Positions 11,733 through 24,739 are shown, counted from the first letter of the whole stretch. The stretch is DNA of 63,493 bases, filler included, from Basidiobolus ranarum (GCA_040143965.1; 49 parts of 49 records of this genome joined end to end with filler, not necessarily neighbours in it), one strand, 5' to 3'. Translations and numbers: made by a program. Notes: generated by a model from the sequence alone, not told the origin.

Positions 11733-12303
11733 AGCACAATAACAGCAAGAAAGCCCAATCCATAGACACAGAGTAAGTATCTCTATAACCAGACTAATTT
11801 GCTTGTGTGATAATCTGATCGTACTTTTAGGAAAGCTGCAAAACAGACTTCTTAGTGATGTACATGAAGATATACAGTATTACTGTTTTAGCCATGTGGT
11901 AATCTATTCCAGCAATGACACATCTACTTGTGGCAGGATATTGGTTGACTGCAAGTTTGGGATATATTGGTTGAATTCTTTATGGAAATTATGGCTTTGT
12001 ATAGTGGCCGTGCTTGTGATTATTTTTTCTATGAAGCCTCTGGCTTTCATAGCACAAGAGTTTGTGACAATAATAGCAGGGCTTCTTTAAACATTTGCGT
12101 TGCAGCACTTGAAGGATATCTTGGAAAAAAGAACACCTTGTATGTAAGGGTGGTAATTTAGGTATTGCCCATCAATATCATCAGCTGATTCAGATATGGT
12201 GTCACAAATGAGTCATCTGGGGATTTACAAGATATTTCCGGTAATGGATGGCAATTTTGGTTTATTATGAGCTGTTTCTAAGCAATTTCAGTACACCAAG
12301 TTT
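11733..12303. mobile_element. Rearranged EnSpm-type fragments (transposase 3' part plus, then 5'/promoter part minus)
   Basis: Homology to 36900-37150, then to 17036-17342. Confidence 0.7.
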
Positions 12304-12441
12304 TGTTAAAGTATTTGGGAGCCTGTTGGAAGTCGTTTGGAGAATTAGAGGAATTAGAGATTTTCACTTATTGATTTAATGAGTAGAAAGTGGACATATA
12401 TAGTTTTGTCAAGATGTAAGCAAACTGGTGTGTTGAATGTG

Positions 12442-12934
12442 TTAAGTTAAGTTAATAAACTTATTCTCTATAGTCTCTCTAATGAAGTGATGCTTTATAT
12501 ATACATGTTTGCTTCTATTATGAAATGTGGGATTTTTAGCTATTTTGATACATCTTTGATCATCTTGAAATATTGTAGTTGGTGAATTTTGAGCATAACC
12601 CAAATCTGTTAAGAGTTTTTTTAACCATATTGCTTCATTTGTTGACTCACAGGCAGCTATATATTCAGCTTCTGTTGTTGAAAGTGCTATAGCAAGTTGT
12701 ATCATTGAATTCCAAGAAATAGCTCCATTACAGCAAAAAAATAAGTATCCTGTTGCAGATCTCCTATCTTCAATATCTCTTCCCCAATTTGAATTGGAAT
12801 ATCCCAGCAGATCAAAATTTGATCCAGAATATGTGTATTTAAACCTAGATCCACAGTATCTTTCAAATATCTGAAAATCTGCTTGACTGCTATGATTTGA
12901 TCAGATCCATAATTTTGAAGATATTGGCACATTA
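12442..12934 (-). mobile_element. Copia RT/RNase H fragment
   Basis: ALSTTEAEYIA...KNPTFHNRSKHVYIKHHFIRE. Confidence 0.9.
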
Positions 12935-13072
12935 NNNNNNNNNNNNNNNNNNNNNNNNNNNNNNNNNNNNNNNNNNNNTTAATTAATTAANNNNNNNNNN
13001 NNNNNNNNNNNNNNNNNNNNNNNNNNNNNNNNNNCACCTGAGAGCAATCTACTAAGACAGTAATCTGCTACT

Positions 13073-13792
13073 ATGTGTACCCCCACAAGACCAAGACAAC
13101 GGGTGTTTGAGAGAGATAGTGAAGCCCTTATTGAGCTTGAAGCAGCCACAACAGTCAAACATGAACCTCAAGGTAGACAATATGCTCGAACACATTCTGC
13201 CATGCAACAGAGGTCATGGTGGCCAGGCAAAAGAGATGAAGCTTCTACCATGGTTGAAGAGGCAAGAACTGCTGAATGCAAGCCTCAAGGTATATGACTT
13301 GCTCCAACATGTACTGGAATGCAACCATGGCAATGGCTAGTCAAAAGAGATGAAGCTTCCTCTATGATTGAAGAAGCAATAACCACAGAACACAAACCAC
13401 AAGGTAGACAACTTGCTCCAACACGTACTGCCATGCAACCGCGGCCACGGCCAGTCAAAAGAGATGAAGCTTCTACCATGGTTGAAGAAGCAATAACTGT
13501 CAAGCACAAACCTCAAGTGAGACATTCCGGGTCAACACATAGAGCTGCGCACCAGCAGCAATGGCTGGTTGACCCATTAAGTGAAGGCACCATATCTGAA
13601 GAAGAGACTTTAGATACAAATGAATTGCAAACTAGACCAAACAAGCCAACGCATACCACAGTGCATCAACCTCAAGCCACAACTCATGCTGGCCAAGGTA
13701 GAGGAACTTCAGCAGGATCAAACCAACCAACTCAGCACAGAGGTTTAAGCAAAGTTCCTTCTGTGGAAATATCAAGGAGGCAACAAAAGTAA
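13073..13792 (+). pseudogene. Disrupted ORF with 114-bp (38-aa) tandem repeats containing KR-DEA
   Basis: AAAAGAGATGAAGCTTC at 13229, 13343 and 13457. One in-frame TGA at 13295-13297 joins two same-frame ORFs. Confidence 0.6.
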
Positions 13793-14336
13793 CTGGCAAA
13801 TCAGCATGTACTGCTTTAAACCTAGGCAACTGCTGAATACTGTTGTTAATACTTAAATTATCCTATCTTTACTATTTAGCACATAATGCAAAATAAATAT
13901 GGACCGCAGTTAAATGTACCATAAATTGACTTAGTTAGATCACAATTGCCTATGTGTTTATGAAACACTCATAGCATGAAATTGTCATATATCAAAAAAA
14001 TCAATGATAGCCCATTAATACAAGCAATTTCACTACAATCAAATGAAAAATGTGTGTCAATAAAAAGCTTGAGCAGCCATATTGGCTTTATATGGCTCAA
14101 TCTGTTCACATTTTCACCCAATTAAAAGCTTACATGATTGAATAAATAATTTGCTGATCTAAAAATGATGAATCAAGCGATCCTGATCACTACTATCATA
14201 CTGCAGATTGATCCATCATTGAGTGCTGTGATTTGTNNNNNNNNNNNNNNNNNNNNNNNNNNNNNNNNNNNNNNNNNNNNTTAATTAATTAANNNNNNNN
14301 NNNNNNNNNNNNNNNNNNNNNNNNNNNNNNNNNNNN

Positions 14337-15538
14337 TAACGCATGCCAAATTTGAGGATCAATAATTTAACATGTATGAATACTGCCAAGATACCGTCAA
14401 GAAACCACCGTCACATCATCAAAATCCCTGGCAGAATGCAAGCCAACAATATTATGATGGTTATCTGACAGTTTTGCTATTTTGGATGGTGGATCCAATC
14501 TGGATCAAATCGATTTTATTTTTGTTAGAGATATCTTCTTCCATTTAATGATAAATTTTGCATAGGCTCACACAAATCTGAATGATCTAGATCCCATTTT
14601 TAGACAGATTTGATCAAAGCAGAGCTCTTAAATGGGTGCCTGACTGTTTTTCATATATATAAACCTCACAAGTTTCCATTTTGGTTGAGAGGAGTTAATT
14701 TGAGTTGCAGAAATCAGGCAATATAAATCATTTTGCTCAAAGAAACATATCCAGCATGGCCAAGCTCTTATGCATAATTGTATGGTTTCTTGATGAGAAA
14801 ACCTTATATTTACACCCCTGACAAAAGTAAAATCAATTTGATCTGGATCTACCCTCCAATATAGCAAAACTGTCAGAGAACCATCACCATATTGGTGGCT
14901 TGCATTCTGCCAGGGATTTTTATGGTGTAACAGCAGTTTCTTGACAGTATTCATACATGTTGAAATATTGATCCTCAAGTTTTGCCTGCATTATTCAATA
15001 TCCAAAATTTTAGCCAAAAAATAATTTTCAAATGGCAAGTGACTGGGTTTACTGCTGTAGGAATTTGAATTAATAAGCATGCCTATATTTAGATAATTTT
15101 GGCTCTGTATTCCAGCCATAATGAGAATCAAAAAGTACAAGAATCTTGTTGCATTTAGTCTCTACATATGCATATACTTGAATGATTAGACATAACTCAA
15201 AAACATCAATATGCTTTACTGGCAAACTAATGGTGGAAAAATTGCTAAACATCTGAAATTTTGAATAGCACTGACACATGGCAAATAGCTGACTCTTGTA
15301 CCATTCACAATGAGAATAGGCTCTTAGATTTTGGCAAATTTCCATCAAGAATTCAGTCAATATATCCCCAAATTTCAGTCAACAAGTGTCCTGCCACAAA
15401 TATATGTGTCAGTTACTATAGAGGTACTTACTCTGTGTCCATGGATTGGGCTTTGTTGCTTAATTGCACTCAAAAATGCAAAAACCTGTGAGCACATTGA
15501 AAAGAGCCCTTTGTTGGCAGGTTAATATACTCTGGTGT
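14337..15538. mobile_element. Two old EnSpm-type right ends in opposite orientation (14337-14530 plus; 14816-15538 minus with transposase 3' end)
   Basis: Degenerate copies of the 8937 terminus. Transposase C-terminus ...FDSHYGWNTEPKLSKYRHAY* at 15070. Confidence 0.8.
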
Positions 15539-15638
15539 NNNNNNNNNNNNNNNNNNNNNNNNNNNNNNNNNNNNNNNNNNNNTTAATTAATTAANNNNNN
15601 NNNNNNNNNNNNNNNNNNNNNNNNNNNNNNNNNNNNNN

Positions 15639-16180
15639 ATATTGGTTTCAGATAGTGTTTCATTGTTTTCTTTTCCTACAGCAGTGTCCCAAAGTCCTTT
15701 TTCTTGCTGCATCATTTTAACTTTGATTTTGCAAACTTGATAATTGGTTCCATCCAATTTTTCAGAAGAGGGAAAAGTTCCATAAATTTGAGAAGTAGAC
15801 ATTACAGAGAGTGCAAGCTTGGGGCTCATAACCTATTAAAGTATTTGGGACCCTGTTGGAAGTGATTTGGAGAATTAGAAGAATTGGTGATTTTCACATA
15901 TTGATTTATTGATTAGAAAGTTGACATTTCTAGTTTTGTCATGATATACATACACTGACATGTAGAATGTGTTAAGGAAGGTCCCAGGAACATGTGTGCA
16001 AAGTATGGTGCTTCTAGCACAAGTTTGATAAATCTATATATCTGAGAACTTCTAAGTTGGTGAAAATATTCTAAGTTAATTCCATTTGAAATAATGGATA
16101 CTATCTTGGTGAATTATAAGATAACTATGTACTAAGCTATATATGACTATATAGGTGTATATGCAATGCTAATATCAACA
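15639..16180 (-). mobile_element. Copia family A 5' LTR (15834-16180), PBS GGTTATGAGCCCC (15821-15833) and gag start
   Basis: LTR-PBS-gag order. EKLDGTNYQ..KIKVKMM..EKGLWD gag motif. Confidence 0.88.
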
Positions 16181-16839
16181 CCAATCATATAATAAATCAA
16201 TAGTTGAGCAAAGTTTAACCAAACACCATCAAGACAATCAACTTCCAAAATGGCTATTTTGCCCACTATGTAACAACCCTCTGCCAAAAATTTGGATAGA
16301 ATTATTACAACAAGGGAATTGCAGGCAGAACACCATAATGATTTGTATATGATCAAAAGTAATACTAACAAGTTGCTATACAGGTCATCACAAGTAATAA
16401 ATGCCACAATATTGCAATTAATGCAGTGTTTGGAAGCAATTGGTCAACAGTTAGAGAGTCACTCCACAATGATACAAGACCTTCAGAATGCTGAACTTGA
16501 GCTACAGCAACATTCGGCTCCCTCTTTCCATTCTCATATGGGATTTCAATCAATCCCATACATACCCCCAACAAAATAAAATTGATTTGATCCGGATCGG
16601 ATCCATCCTCAGAAATAGCAAAACCATCATAGAACTGTCACAATATTGGTGGCTTGCATTCTGCCAGTGATTTTGATGATGTAATGGTTATTTCATGACG
16701 GTATTTTGATGGTATTGATACATGTTAAAATATTGATCCTCAAATTTGGCATGTGTTATTCAATATCTGGCAATTTTTGCAAAAAAATAATTTTTGAATG
16801 GCAAATTACTGGGTTAACTGCTGTAGGAATTTGAATTAA
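16181..16839. mobile_element. EnSpm accessory ORF fragment interrupted by an EnSpm right end (from about 16566)
   Basis: DRIITTRELQAEHHNDLY, followed by CCCCAACAAAATAAAATTGATTTGATCCGGATCGGATCC. Confidence 0.75.
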
Positions 16840-16939
16840 NNNNNNNNNNNNNNNNNNNNNNNNNNNNNNNNNNNNNNNNNNNNTTAATTAATTAANNNNN
16901 NNNNNNNNNNNNNNNNNNNNNNNNNNNNNNNNNNNNNNN

Positions 16940-18020
16940 AGGCAAACTACAGTCAGTGGACTCAATAGGCAAAACTAAAGTTGATTTAGTGCACTTATTA
17001 CTGTTGTTATACACCAGGCTTTGTGCAGCTGGTGGCTTTGTACAGTGACCATGCTTGTGATTATTTTTTCTATGAAGCCTCTGGCTTTCATAGCACAAGA
17101 ATTTGTGACAATAATAGCAGGGCTTCTTTAAACGTTTGTGTTGTGGCATGAGAAGGATATTGTAGAAAAAAGAACACCTCCCACATAAGGGTGGTATTTT
17201 AGGTATAGCCCATCAATATCATCAGCTGATTCTGAGATGGTGTCACAGATGAGTCATCAGGGGATTTACAAGATATTTCTGGTAATGGATGGCAATTTTG
17301 GTTTATTATAAGCTGTTTCTAAGCAATTTCATTACACCAAGTTTACCATCTGAAAATTTTAATGCCATTCAAAAAGCATTCAAAATCTAAGTCAAAATTG
17401 GCTTCCAAGCCAAAGCCTGCTGGCACAAGAAGAAAAAAACCAGCAAGAACAGAGGACTTAATTGATGAGCAGTCTAGCAATCCACTATCCACTTTGGAAG
17501 GCATTAACAAGCTGAAAACTAACTCCAGTAATGATGAAGCATTAATCAGTTTACAGATGTGTTCCTTTCCAGCAATAGTGCAAGTGAAGAGATTGTAATC
17601 CCCCAATTACATAGTAAATCAATAGTTGAGCCAAGTTCAACCAAAACACTGTCAAGACCATCAACTTCCAAAATGGCTACTTTGCCCACTATTAATGAAC
17701 CCTCCATAGAAAATTTGGATAGAATTATTACAATAAGGGAATGGCAGGCAGAACACCATAATGATTTGTATGCAATCACAAGTAAAAACTATGAAGTTGC
17801 TATACAGGCCATGACAAGCAATAATGCTGCAATATTGTAATTAATGCAGCATTTGGAAGCAACTAGTCAACAGTTAGAGAGTCATTCAACAATGATACAA
17901 GATCTTCAGAATGCTGTATTTGAGCTATAGCAACATGCTGCTCCCTTTGTCCATTCTCATATGGGATTTCAATGAATCTCACACCTTAATGTCACCATGA
18001 CAATCTAGCAGAGCAGAATA
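16940..18020. mobile_element. EnSpm-type central region: transposase start (17149, minus) and accessory ORF (17362, plus)
   Basis: MPQHKRLKKPCYYCHKFLC and MPFKKHSKSKSKLASKPKP separated by 212 bp. Confidence 0.75.
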
Positions 18021-18240
18021 TGGAAAAGAAAGAAAAGCAGCTAAAGAAGTACTGAAGGAGCAGGAAGTTACTAAACCCAAATGAAAAGCAAAGGGGCCAG
18101 TGAGTTTAGGCTCTACTGTCCCACTTACCAAATTCTTCACNNNNNNNNNNNNNNNNNNNNNNNNNNNNNNNNNNNNNNNNNNNNTTAATTAATTAANNNN
18201 NNNNNNNNNNNNNNNNNNNNNNNNNNNNNNNNNNNNNNNN

Positions 18241-19333
18241 GTCCCTCTCTATATTGTAGTCAGAGCTGTATTTAACTTTAAACACTCATTGGCAGCCAAT
18301 TGGTATTCTATCATCAGGTAAGTTGGTTAAAACCCAAGTCTTATTATCAAACAAAGCCTGATACTTATCAGCCATTGGAGATCTCCATAATTTTGTGTGA
18401 TGTCCATTCAGGGCATGTTTTACAGGCTTGGGTTCTTGTATCTGAGCTGTGAAGGCATAGGCCCAATTTTGGGACTCATTGATATAGTAATCAGGGCTAT
18501 TTCTGATTCCATTTGATCTCCTGTTTTGGGATAAAGATACCACAACTTGTGGCATTATATTTAGCATTTCAGTAGGCAGAATTTGGGTTGAAGGGTCCAA
18601 GGAATGCTATTTTTTCTTTGTCATGGTTTGAATCAACCTGAATGATTGGATCAAGAGAAAATTGCTCCTTGTCATCTTTTGAGGTTGTTTTGGGTGAAAA
18701 TTTTTCATTTTCAATAAACAAAATATCCCTGAACTTGATTAACTTAGAAATTGTGGTATCGTAGAGTCTGTAGGCATTAGTTTGACCACACTTATCCAAA
18801 AAACATGCATTTCTTACTTTTTGGATCTAATTGAGACCACTTTTTGGTCATAATTTTGACATAAGCAATGCTTCCAAAGATCCTTATATATTTTACATCT
18901 GGTTAAGCTCCATTCCAAGCTTGATATGGTATAGAGTTACATAAACTTCTAGTAAATCTCCTATTCTTCAAATATAATGCTGTAGCAACAGACTCTGCTT
19001 AAAAGCTATGAGAAAAATTTTGTGCATTTAACTTAGATCAAGCCAATGCTATTGTAATCCTGTTAGCTCTTTCAGCAACTCCATTTTGTTCAGGTGAATA
19101 GAGGGCAGCACTTCTTTGCTTAAGTACATGAGCTTTGCATAAGTGATTAAATAGTGTTGAAGTTTATTCTCCACCATTATCAGTATGTATTGATTTGATT
19201 TTAATTCCAGTTTCAGTCACCACAAGTATATCTAAATCCATAAAGTTTGAAGAAGCTTCTTCTTTTCTTTGCATAAAGCAGATGCAAACATATTTTGTAT
19301 AAATAACAATAAATGTAATAACAAATCTTTTTC
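18241..19333 (-). mobile_element. Copia integrase to RT-start fragment, degraded
   Basis: IHTDNGGE, AYRLYD, NKTWVLTNLP...IGC. Confidence 0.85.
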
Positions 19334-19541
19334 TGTTGAAGTTTATTGTCTTTATCATATATGTTATCCCTATCTTTATACACCTAACTATTTCATATAT
19401 CACATATTAGTTAGTCAACATTATTTAGTCAAATATCACTNNNNNNNNNNNNNNNNNNNNNNNNNNNNNNNNNNNNNNNNNNNNTTAATTAATTAANNNN
19501 NNNNNNNNNNNNNNNNNNNNNNNNNNNNNNNNNNNNNNNNC

Positions 19542-19961
19542 AAGGAGGATATCGAGCGTATGGTTTCTGAAGCCGAGAAGTACAAGGCTGAGGATGAGGA
19601 AGCTGCTTCCCGTATCTCTGCCAAGAACGGACTCGAGTCCTATGCTTACTCCCTCCGTAATACTCTTCAAGATGAGAAGGTTGCTGGACAGTTGGAAGCT
19701 GATGACAAGAAGAAGCTCGAGGAAGCTATTAACGGTACCATTAGCTGGTTGGATGAGAGCCAAGAGGCTTCCAAGGAAGAGTATGAAGAGAAGCAAAAGG
19801 AATTGGAAGGTGTTGCTAACCCTATCATGACCAAGATGTACCAAGCTGCTGGAGGTGCCCCAGGCGGTGCTCCCGGTGGTTTCCCTGGTGCTGGAGGAGC
19901 TGCCCCTGGTGGTTTCCCCGGCGCTGACAGCAGCGAGCCAACTGTTGAGGAATTAGATTAA
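19542..19961 (+). CDS. HSP70: Cytosolic Hsp70 (SSA-type), C-terminal fragment
   Basis: [15 protein letters not shown]...[10 protein letters not shown]...[15 protein letters not shown] repeats, ends PTVEELD*. Confidence 0.97.
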   Translation, partial: KEDIERMVSEAEKYKAEDEEAASRISAKNGLESYAYSLRNTLQDEKVAGQLEADDKKKLEEAINGTISWLDESQEASKEEYEEKQKELEGVANPIMTKMYQAAGGAPGGAPGGFPGAGGAAPGGFPGADSSEPTVEELD

Positions 19962-20483
19962 ATTTGAACCACCATACACTTGAAACATGAAATTGTGATG
20001 TACATAGTCAATAAAACATCTTTGTTAACGTATTTAGTCCTCATTCTTTTTTTTGAATTAATGTAAAGATAATGCTGTTCGGATAACTGTCGTATAGATA
20101 TATCAGTTGATTACATGAAATGCACCATTTTCCCCTTCCTTACACACGTAGAAATATTGTAGTTAGCACTGAGATTTCGAAACAGATGGAAAAATCACTA
20201 GTATTATTCCTTGAAGCGCATAATTTTGTAGAATACCAAGAGTTTACGATATTGAAGATTCTCATAAGTGTTCGACAGGAATCCGTACCTGGTGTGACAA
20301 GATCATAGATGACGTATCTGATAACATGATTGCCTTTTTTGACAGTTGTATAAACATCTAAACAACAATCAATACGTATCTTTCCAAAATTTAACATTCG
20401 AACACCATATTGGTCGAATAATCAGGGTGCTCCAGATGTGAGTTGATCCCACTACGTATTTCGGGATAATTGATCATTCTCCA

Positions 20484-20552
20484 GAAATCTCTGGAAGGTT
20501 CAGGAATAATAACATAATCACTCATTAGCCCGAACCGAAACCCCTATATAAA
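20484..20552 (+). promoter_or_regulatory. Heat-shock element and TATA box of the downstream Hsp70
   Basis: GAAggTTCagGAA at 20494-20506 with an in-phase GAA at 20484. TATATAAA at 20545. Confidence 0.85.
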
Positions 20553-20636
20553 TCGAACCAGTTTGTTAACATCCCTTAAGTCATTATTTTGTTTGTATCA
20601 TTCTTAATAACCTAGACTCATTTAATATACTTCACA

Positions 20637-20740
20637 ATGTCCAAAGCCGTCGGAATTGATTTGGGTACCACCTACTCTTGCGTTGGTGTCTGGCAAAATG
20701 ATCGTGTTGAGATCATTGCCAACGACCAAGGTAATAGAAC
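20637..20740 (+). CDS. HSP70: Cytosolic Hsp70, N-terminal fragment, second tandem copy
   Basis: [34 protein letters not shown] (Hsp70 signature 1). Confidence 0.98.
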
Positions 20741-20841
20741 NNNNNNNNNNNNNNNNNNNNNNNNNNNNNNNNNNNNNNNNNNNNTTAATTAATTAANNNN
20801 NNNNNNNNNNNNNNNNNNNNNNNNNNNNNNNNNNNNNNNNT

Positions 20842-21571
20842 TCCAGGTCTTGCGGGGCACAAACAGGTGATTGACCACATAATATTTAGACACCCAACCA
20901 GCCCACAATGCCGCAATATAGACTTCGCTGAGCGTGACGGGTTGACGTTGAACATAATTAGGTAATTTGGAAGTAGCAGTGGTAGAATTCGGCATGGAAT
21001 CGGATATGGCAGATTTGAACGAAGTAGCAAAACGAGCGGATACTTTGGCTATATTTTCTTGGGAGATCCATAAATTACGCGATTTAACTTCAGACTCTCT
21101 CTCCACGATTCTTTCTTTACTAGCATTATTTGGCTCCTTATCATTTCCTTTCTTATTACGATGTTCACGACATTTCTTCATATTGTCGAGGCAGCCGTCG
21201 AGTTCCTTTAACAGAAAGGATACGTTGGTAGGTAATACCCTCCGCTCCATTGGAGCACTATCCTCTATATCCGAGTCATCCTCTACTATAGAAGAGTTGG
21301 TGTTAATCGAGTCGATTGATCCTCGTCGTTCAAAGGTTCGACGTTGTAAAGCTATCTTGCCCAAACAATTTCGCACAATCTCCAACTCAAGTGTAAAGTC
21401 GACGATGGACTCCCCTCGACTATTATAATATACGAAAGAGTTGGAGTCCATAGCGGCTTCTTCGGGCTTGGTGGCCAAAAAAGGGCCTAACCCTGTTTCA
21501 TTTGAGCTGGTGGGGTGGATAGGGGTAACTACAAAGTTGGGTTCGGTGCATCCAGGTAGAATAGATGTCAT
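20842..21571 (-). CDS. Hypothetical host protein, 5' fragment
   Basis: Uninterrupted CpG-normal ORF of more than 240 codons (MTSILPGC...). TATA-like run at 21789. No family recognised. Confidence 0.6.
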
Positions 21572-22140
21572 CGTTGGGTCTGGTAAAGATGGGGCTATTG
21601 TCAAGTGATAGAGCTTGCAATTCACACCAGATTTTCGAACAAGTGAAAGTCACTGATTCTACCTCAAGTCTGGAAATTATTGCAGAGATTGAATGATAGG
21701 AATGAATGGATTTCTTCTCAAACAAAGATTGAACTATGGGAGGGGCGTTGGAGAATCAAGTCAGGGCTGTACCACGACTGGATGGGTGTATATATATATC
21801 TGAAGCGAAACCTTAAATAGAGGGTTTAAATAAAGATATGGCTGATGAAAGACCTAAATGAAGTTTAGTAAGAGAATATGACCCTTATGCACATTCAATT
21901 GCAAGTACGAAGGTCCTAGCTGCGCTAGTTTTATATCAGTGCCAGCCCGGAAAAGAAAAAGCAAGTCAGATTCACAGGCAATGAAATTAATGAATATGCC
22001 GCCTTAATCCAGGTTAAAAATGGATTCTGGGGTGTAAGTANNNNNNNNNNNNNNNNNNNNNNNNNNNNNNNNNNNNNNNNNNNNTTAATTAATTAANNNN
22101 NNNNNNNNNNNNNNNNNNNNNNNNNNNNNNNNNNNNNNNN

Positions 22141-22470
22141 CTTGTTATTTAGTAGTTAGTTTATTCATATTCTGATTACTTAGCACTCAATTCTGCTATT
22201 CAAAAACGTGTGTTTATTGCTCTAATTGATAGAAATATCAATTAGATTGCTTTTACCAATTTTCACTATTTTCTCAAAACTTCTCCAAATCACCTCAAAT
22301 TTTCACCCATGCTCAACAGGCATGTTTGTTAAGATCTAAGCACATCCATTAGTCCTATTAGATAGTAAACTATAAATAGGACATATTCAATTTAAGAATA
22401 CTTAAGTGTCTAGTTCACAAATCCAAATCTTGTCCAAAATGCTTCCAAATTCCCTAAACACTTTTATCAT
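22141..22470 (+). mobile_element. Copia LTR family D (also 41611-41772 minus, 57425-57766 plus)
   Basis: Shared TTTAGTAGTTAGTTTATTCATATTCTGATTA sequence. The 57425 copy follows an RNase H end. Confidence 0.75.
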
Positions 22471-22534
22471 GATTATCATTCCTAGAAAAACTAGTGGTTT
22501 TTAAAAACTTCCCCCTCCCAAAACAGTAAGTATT

Positions 22535-23340
22535 ATGTCTACACCAGCCCCAACAATGGAAGATATTATGCAAGCCCTTACTCAGCTTCAGCAAGAAAAT
22601 CAAGAACTTCATACTTGTATTGCTCAAGTACCAAATCCAGCTCCACCCAACTCTACTGCAATTCCAACTCCTGAACCCAAAATCTCCTTACCAAATAAGT
22701 TTGACGTCACTCACCAAAACTATTGTGGTTTTATTAACCAGGTAAAGCTTATCATCCAGTTACATCCCCACCACTACCCCTCTGGCCAAACAAAAGTAGG
22801 CTTTGTGGGTACACTATTATCGGGGACAGCTCTATCTTGGTGTGCTCCTTTAATGGAAAGAAATCCCCACTTCTTTCAAACTTCCTTGCATTTTTTGCTG
22901 AACTGGAAGACACATTTGGAAATGCAGATAAAGAAAGAACTTCAGGCACCAAGCTCCATGCACTTAAACAAGGGTCAAAACCTGCATCAACTTATGCTGT
23001 AGAATTTGGCCTTCTTGCCTGTGATCTCAATTGGCAAGAATCTGCCCTGATCAACCAATTCCAATATGGATGCCAAGAAAATATTAAGTTTCTTTTACTC
23101 ACTATGGCTGACCCAGTGACATTGACCAATTATATCCACCAGGAAGTTAAATGTGACAACTGGTTGTTTGAAAGACAACAACAAAGAAATATGGTTCCTT
23201 TCTTCTCTCCTTCATCATCTACTTTCAGACCCCCTTCCATCAAACACAAAATACAGCTCAAGCTGATGACCCAATGCAAATTGATGGAACTAGCTTCAGA
23301 AAGCTTAGCCCTGAGGAGAAATATTGATGCCAACAAGAGA
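22535..23340 (+). mobile_element. Ty3/gypsy gag, second copy, frameshifted
   Basis: Paralogue of 1551-2498 (PEPKISLPNKFD, GTLLSGTALSW). Confidence 0.88.
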
Positions 23341-23440
23341 NNNNNNNNNNNNNNNNNNNNNNNNNNNNNNNNNNNNNNNNNNNNTTAATTAATTAANNNN
23401 NNNNNNNNNNNNNNNNNNNNNNNNNNNNNNNNNNNNNNNN

Positions 23441-23577
23441 CAGCATAGTCCTTGTGGGCACGTATATTTCACACCCTTGATGACTCCACACCGCTTAGTA
23501 GTGGAGATGATTGCTTGAACAATGGCTAAGTGCAAAAGAACTGCCACAAATGGGAAGACTTTCTTGGAGAAAAGCAT
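23441..23577 (-). CDS. Secreted hevein-like (CBM18) chitin-binding protein, N-terminal fragment
   Basis: Hydrophobic signal peptide ending VQA, then STTKRCG......CPQGLC(C), matching CG-xn-C-x4-CC spacing. Upstream TATATAAG at about 23617-23624. Confidence 0.7.
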
Positions 23578-24739
23578 GACTAAGAGATGATGGCTATTTC
23601 ACATTCTACACTAGCTCTTATATACCTGTTACGATATGGAATGAATCTTTGCGTGGCAATTGGACCGCAGTTAGAGCCAGACTAGTTCGAAGGTGCATAA
23701 TATTGGTCTCACACTTCACTAGATCTAACAAGTTGAATCTTGAAGCATTCCCCTTGTGTTAGGAAATATCATCAAAAGACCCCTAATGAAGGAAGAGTGA
23801 TTGGACCAGGAGGCTACTCTTGCAATGTATATCAGGATAAGGGTTAAATAATTGTGGGCGCTAGCTATATGTGATCTAGTTAAGCCAAATGCTAATATGA
23901 CCTTTCCTTCTAGAGAATAAAGTCCGGTGAATCCATAATCTAACGCAATACATTACAATACAATACAACAGTTGGCTCGATAAATCTATTTTTAACCATA
24001 TCGGAGTCAAGATCACCTTAATCTATCACTAAATACTTGTTTTGAAATTTTAGAATAGTACGGTCTAGGCGAAGTACAATGTAGCAGATAGATTTAAGAA
24101 ATCCCCTTTTTTCGTATGGAATGATGGAGAGTACCAATGTACATACATATATCTTTATAATAGAACGTCTGATATGTCAATATACCTTGTAACGAACACA
24201 GACAGGCTGGATATATGTTTTTCTTGGTGTAAATGTATGCTCATCACTTACCATGCTAGAAATGTTCCAGTCAAATACTACTTATATGTCTGTCATTAAA
24301 AAAGTTTCATCTTACAGACTGCTACTATACACAGTAATCGCACTATAAGCTATCAAAAACCTAAAGAAGTATAAAATTTTGAACGCGATCTAATGCATGC
24401 ATAAGACCAAAAAACTCAAATAGCTTCTGAAAATGGCTTCAATGTTTTATAGTAGATTACTATGATAGAACTCATTCAATAAAATCATAAGTGAAAATCC
24501 AACTTTAATCAATGATAAACATATAATTAAAGTATGACATTAACAAAGACATTGAGACACGTATCATATGCAGTATGAATAAGAAAGAACGATTAGCGAT
24601 TGAAGTTATACAACTCGTCACACCATTCAGAAGTTGCCCNNNNNNNNNNNNNNNNNNNNNNNNNNNNNNNNNNNNNNNNNNNNTTAATTAATTAANNNNN
24701 NNNNNNNNNNNNNNNNNNNNNNNNNNNNNNNNNNNNNNN

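Noticed and set aside
14337..15010. Large inverted repeat
   Set aside because: Explained by two independent old EnSpm right ends in opposite orientation.
15821..15833. tRNA-Met gene
   Set aside because: Only the 12-13-nt anticodon-arm match is present, at an LTR boundary. It is a primer-binding site.
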